In this document: piece after piece, positions 62,101 through 64,000 of the stretch | Layout: each line of letters begins with the position of its first letter | How positions within the stretch are numbered: the first letter of the stretch is position 1 | Assembly (NCBI GenBank): GCA_032718475.1 | Contig: JAUCBJ010004814.1 | Coordinates: forward strand, 1 to 64,000 | Source: Nemertoderma westbladi | Taxonomy: Eukaryota; Animalia; Xenacoelomorpha | Direction of reading: 5' to 3' | Length of the DNA: 64,000 nt | The notes under the pieces: generated by a model | Told to the model about the DNA's origin: nothing | The model's input: only the letters and a program-made list of their open reading frames with translations | Database searches by the model: none | Position numbers and translations under genes: made by a program

Positions 62101-62859
62101 AAATACCTACCGTTTAAAATTAACGTTAATTTACGTTAATTTTTAACGTTAAAAGGGCGGCCAAACTAACGTTATTTATATGTATTATTAACGTTAATAA
62201 TTAACGTTGGCATTGTCAGAAAATAACGTATAATAATGCATTATTAACGTTAAATTGTTTGCAGGGTAGCACCAAAATTTACCAAATTACGTCGAAAAAT
62301 ACAAGTAGCAATGATCTGGCATATTTGAAATGTATTCCATTAGAATCAGCGCCCTAGAAAACCTAAAATGAGAATTTATAGCATCGTATATGTGAATTAA
62401 AAATTTTGTGTTTTAACTGAAAAGTGCTGGTTACTTGTTTTTTTCATTTTTTTCCTACGCATAGAGGACTAAACAGCTATTTATGGTAATCATATCATTT
62501 TTAAATATTTTCCAATGCATTTTGCCCCCCAGAAAACCTGTATTGAAAAACAATTAGCCGAAAAATGAAACTTTCAAATTTTATGAAAATTGTGCACTAC
62601 TTGTAATTATACCACCCCAGTACATTTTTTCGAAAATTTTTTTTTCGGTCGGATCCAGACTAGTGATACCTACGTACAAACAAAAAATCAGACGTTTTCG
62701 TTAATAGTTGTAGATTTTAGAGGGATGGGTCAATATGACCCCCCCCCCCCCCCCGGTATTTGTATAACATTTTATAGCCCGGTACTAATAGGGTTAACAT
62801 AACTAACTATAGGCCTACTAGACACTATTAACCGCACATGATTAACCGCAATTATTCCT

Positions 62860-63640
62860 CCGCACAGCACCATGCTTCATGAAACCGGATATCCTCGCTA
62901 AGTTCGACCAAACCATCAGAGATGCTCTCCGTGAGGTTGCAAACTCTGTAATCGACGACCATGAATGGTTACAAGCTGGTCACCCCGCCCGCATCGCATA
63001 GGTGGTCTCTGCCTCACTAGTGCTATACAGCTCGCACCTTCCGCCTTCCTTTCTTCTGCGGCTGCTAGTGCTGGTCCCAGTGGAAATCGATGGTCCCAGA
63101 TGGTGAACCCACTCCATCCCCCGATTCTACCCATCAGAGCGCATGGATGAGGCCCATCTTCGAGGAATCTTGGAACAGACTCCACTCTTCATCCTCCCCA
63201 GTCGACGTCGCCCGTCTAAACTCCTTGAACTCGAGTGTAGCAGGTTGTTGGTTAGATGCAGTCCCAGCCTCTTCCCTTTGGTTGAAACTCAACAACACAC
63301 AAGTCTGGCTCTCCATCGCCACCCACCTGGGATGCATGGTTACAGAACCCCATAACTGTGTAATATGTGGTAGCCAGGTCGGGTCAGACGGTCTGCATGG
63401 TTTATCCTGCAAGCGTGGCGCAGGCTGAGACATACCATGGTCAACGACATAATTAAAAGATTTCTGGCCAGCAGTTTAGTCCCCTCCCTCTTGGAACCAC
63501 CCGGGCTCTTTAGAGATGGGAGCAGTAAATGGGTGGATGGATGGTGTCACCCTGGTCCCATGGAGTCATGGTCGCCTGCTTGCCTGGGATACCACCATAT
63601 GGGACCCGCTTGCACCCAGTCACTGCAGAAATTACAGAAA
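62860..63640 (+). mobile_element. CRE-like non-LTR retrotransposon fragment (RT tail, CCHC, RLE)
   Basis: GGLCLTSAIQLAPSAFLSS, WLDAVPASSL, HNCVICG...HGLSC, NDIIKRFL...LLEPPGLFRDG..WVDG; same type as 22800-23345. Confidence 0.75.
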
Positions 63641-64000
63641 TACTATTTACAGTTAAAAATGCCGCTAAAAATATAGAAACTTTTAATTTTACTGTTGTAA
63701 AAGTCAGGGGCTTCTGCAAGCAGAGGGTGAAATTGCAAGAAGAGAAGGTAAGGAAAATGAGAAAACAGGCACTTTTATAGCCAGACATTAATAAAATATG
63801 CAAATCGGGATCGGAATGCTCTGAATGATGATTGGTCATAGCTCGTCCCTGATTGGTCGGAGCTACTGGTTTGCCAAACAGTTACGTTTCGATCCTGTTG
63901 CACCTATGGGCTGGCGGGGTCAGCAGGTCGATGACATGGGTCATGTGACTTACAAACGTATCAGCATTTGACAACCCAAACGTGGTCCCACTGGAAAACC

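Larger units (their letters stand above)
58015..62266. mobile_element. Non-autonomous DNA transposon with CCCTGCAAAC TIRs (CMC/EnSpm-like)
   Basis: TA|CCCTGCAAAC...GTTTGCAGGG|TA; 2-bp TSD; dense subterminal TTAACGTTAA repeats at both ends; no ORF. Confidence 0.75.
56997..62793. mobile_element. Non-autonomous piggyBac-type element, copy 2, carrying a 4.25-kb insertion
   Basis: TTTA|CCCTATTAAACCCGG ... CCGGTACTAATAGGG|TTAA; colinear with 25599-27643 once 58015-62268 is removed. Confidence 0.9.

Overview
This is a eukaryotic (probably invertebrate) transposable-element pile-up. I see no host gene. It holds: the left end of a piggyBac transposon; two TSD-flanked BEL/Pao LTR retrotransposons (A, 4295-17937 minus, full-length but disabled; C, 28555-45019 plus, internally deleted); a chimeric, deleted relative of A (B, 46002-53196); further BEL relics; LINE fragments (RTE, RTE-X-like, CRE-like, one APE+RT LINE); nested non-autonomous DNA elements (piggyBac-type, CMC/EnSpm-like, Harbinger-like, MULE-like, DINE-1/HINE-like); and a 31-bp satellite. 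The most striking signal is that none of the three BEL elements has a TGG-type tRNA primer-binding site. The 9-11 nt just inside each 5' LTR are instead perfectly complementary to a site within that same LTR. The pair co-varies between A and B, overlaps an Inr-like motif and lies beside a conserved U5 hairpin. This suggests Tf1-style self-primed reverse transcription in a BEL/Pao lineage. Element A also carries, in the env position, a DEDDy-like 3'-5' exonuclease ORF and a triple-CCHC-knuckle ORF. All calls are by eye, without database searches.
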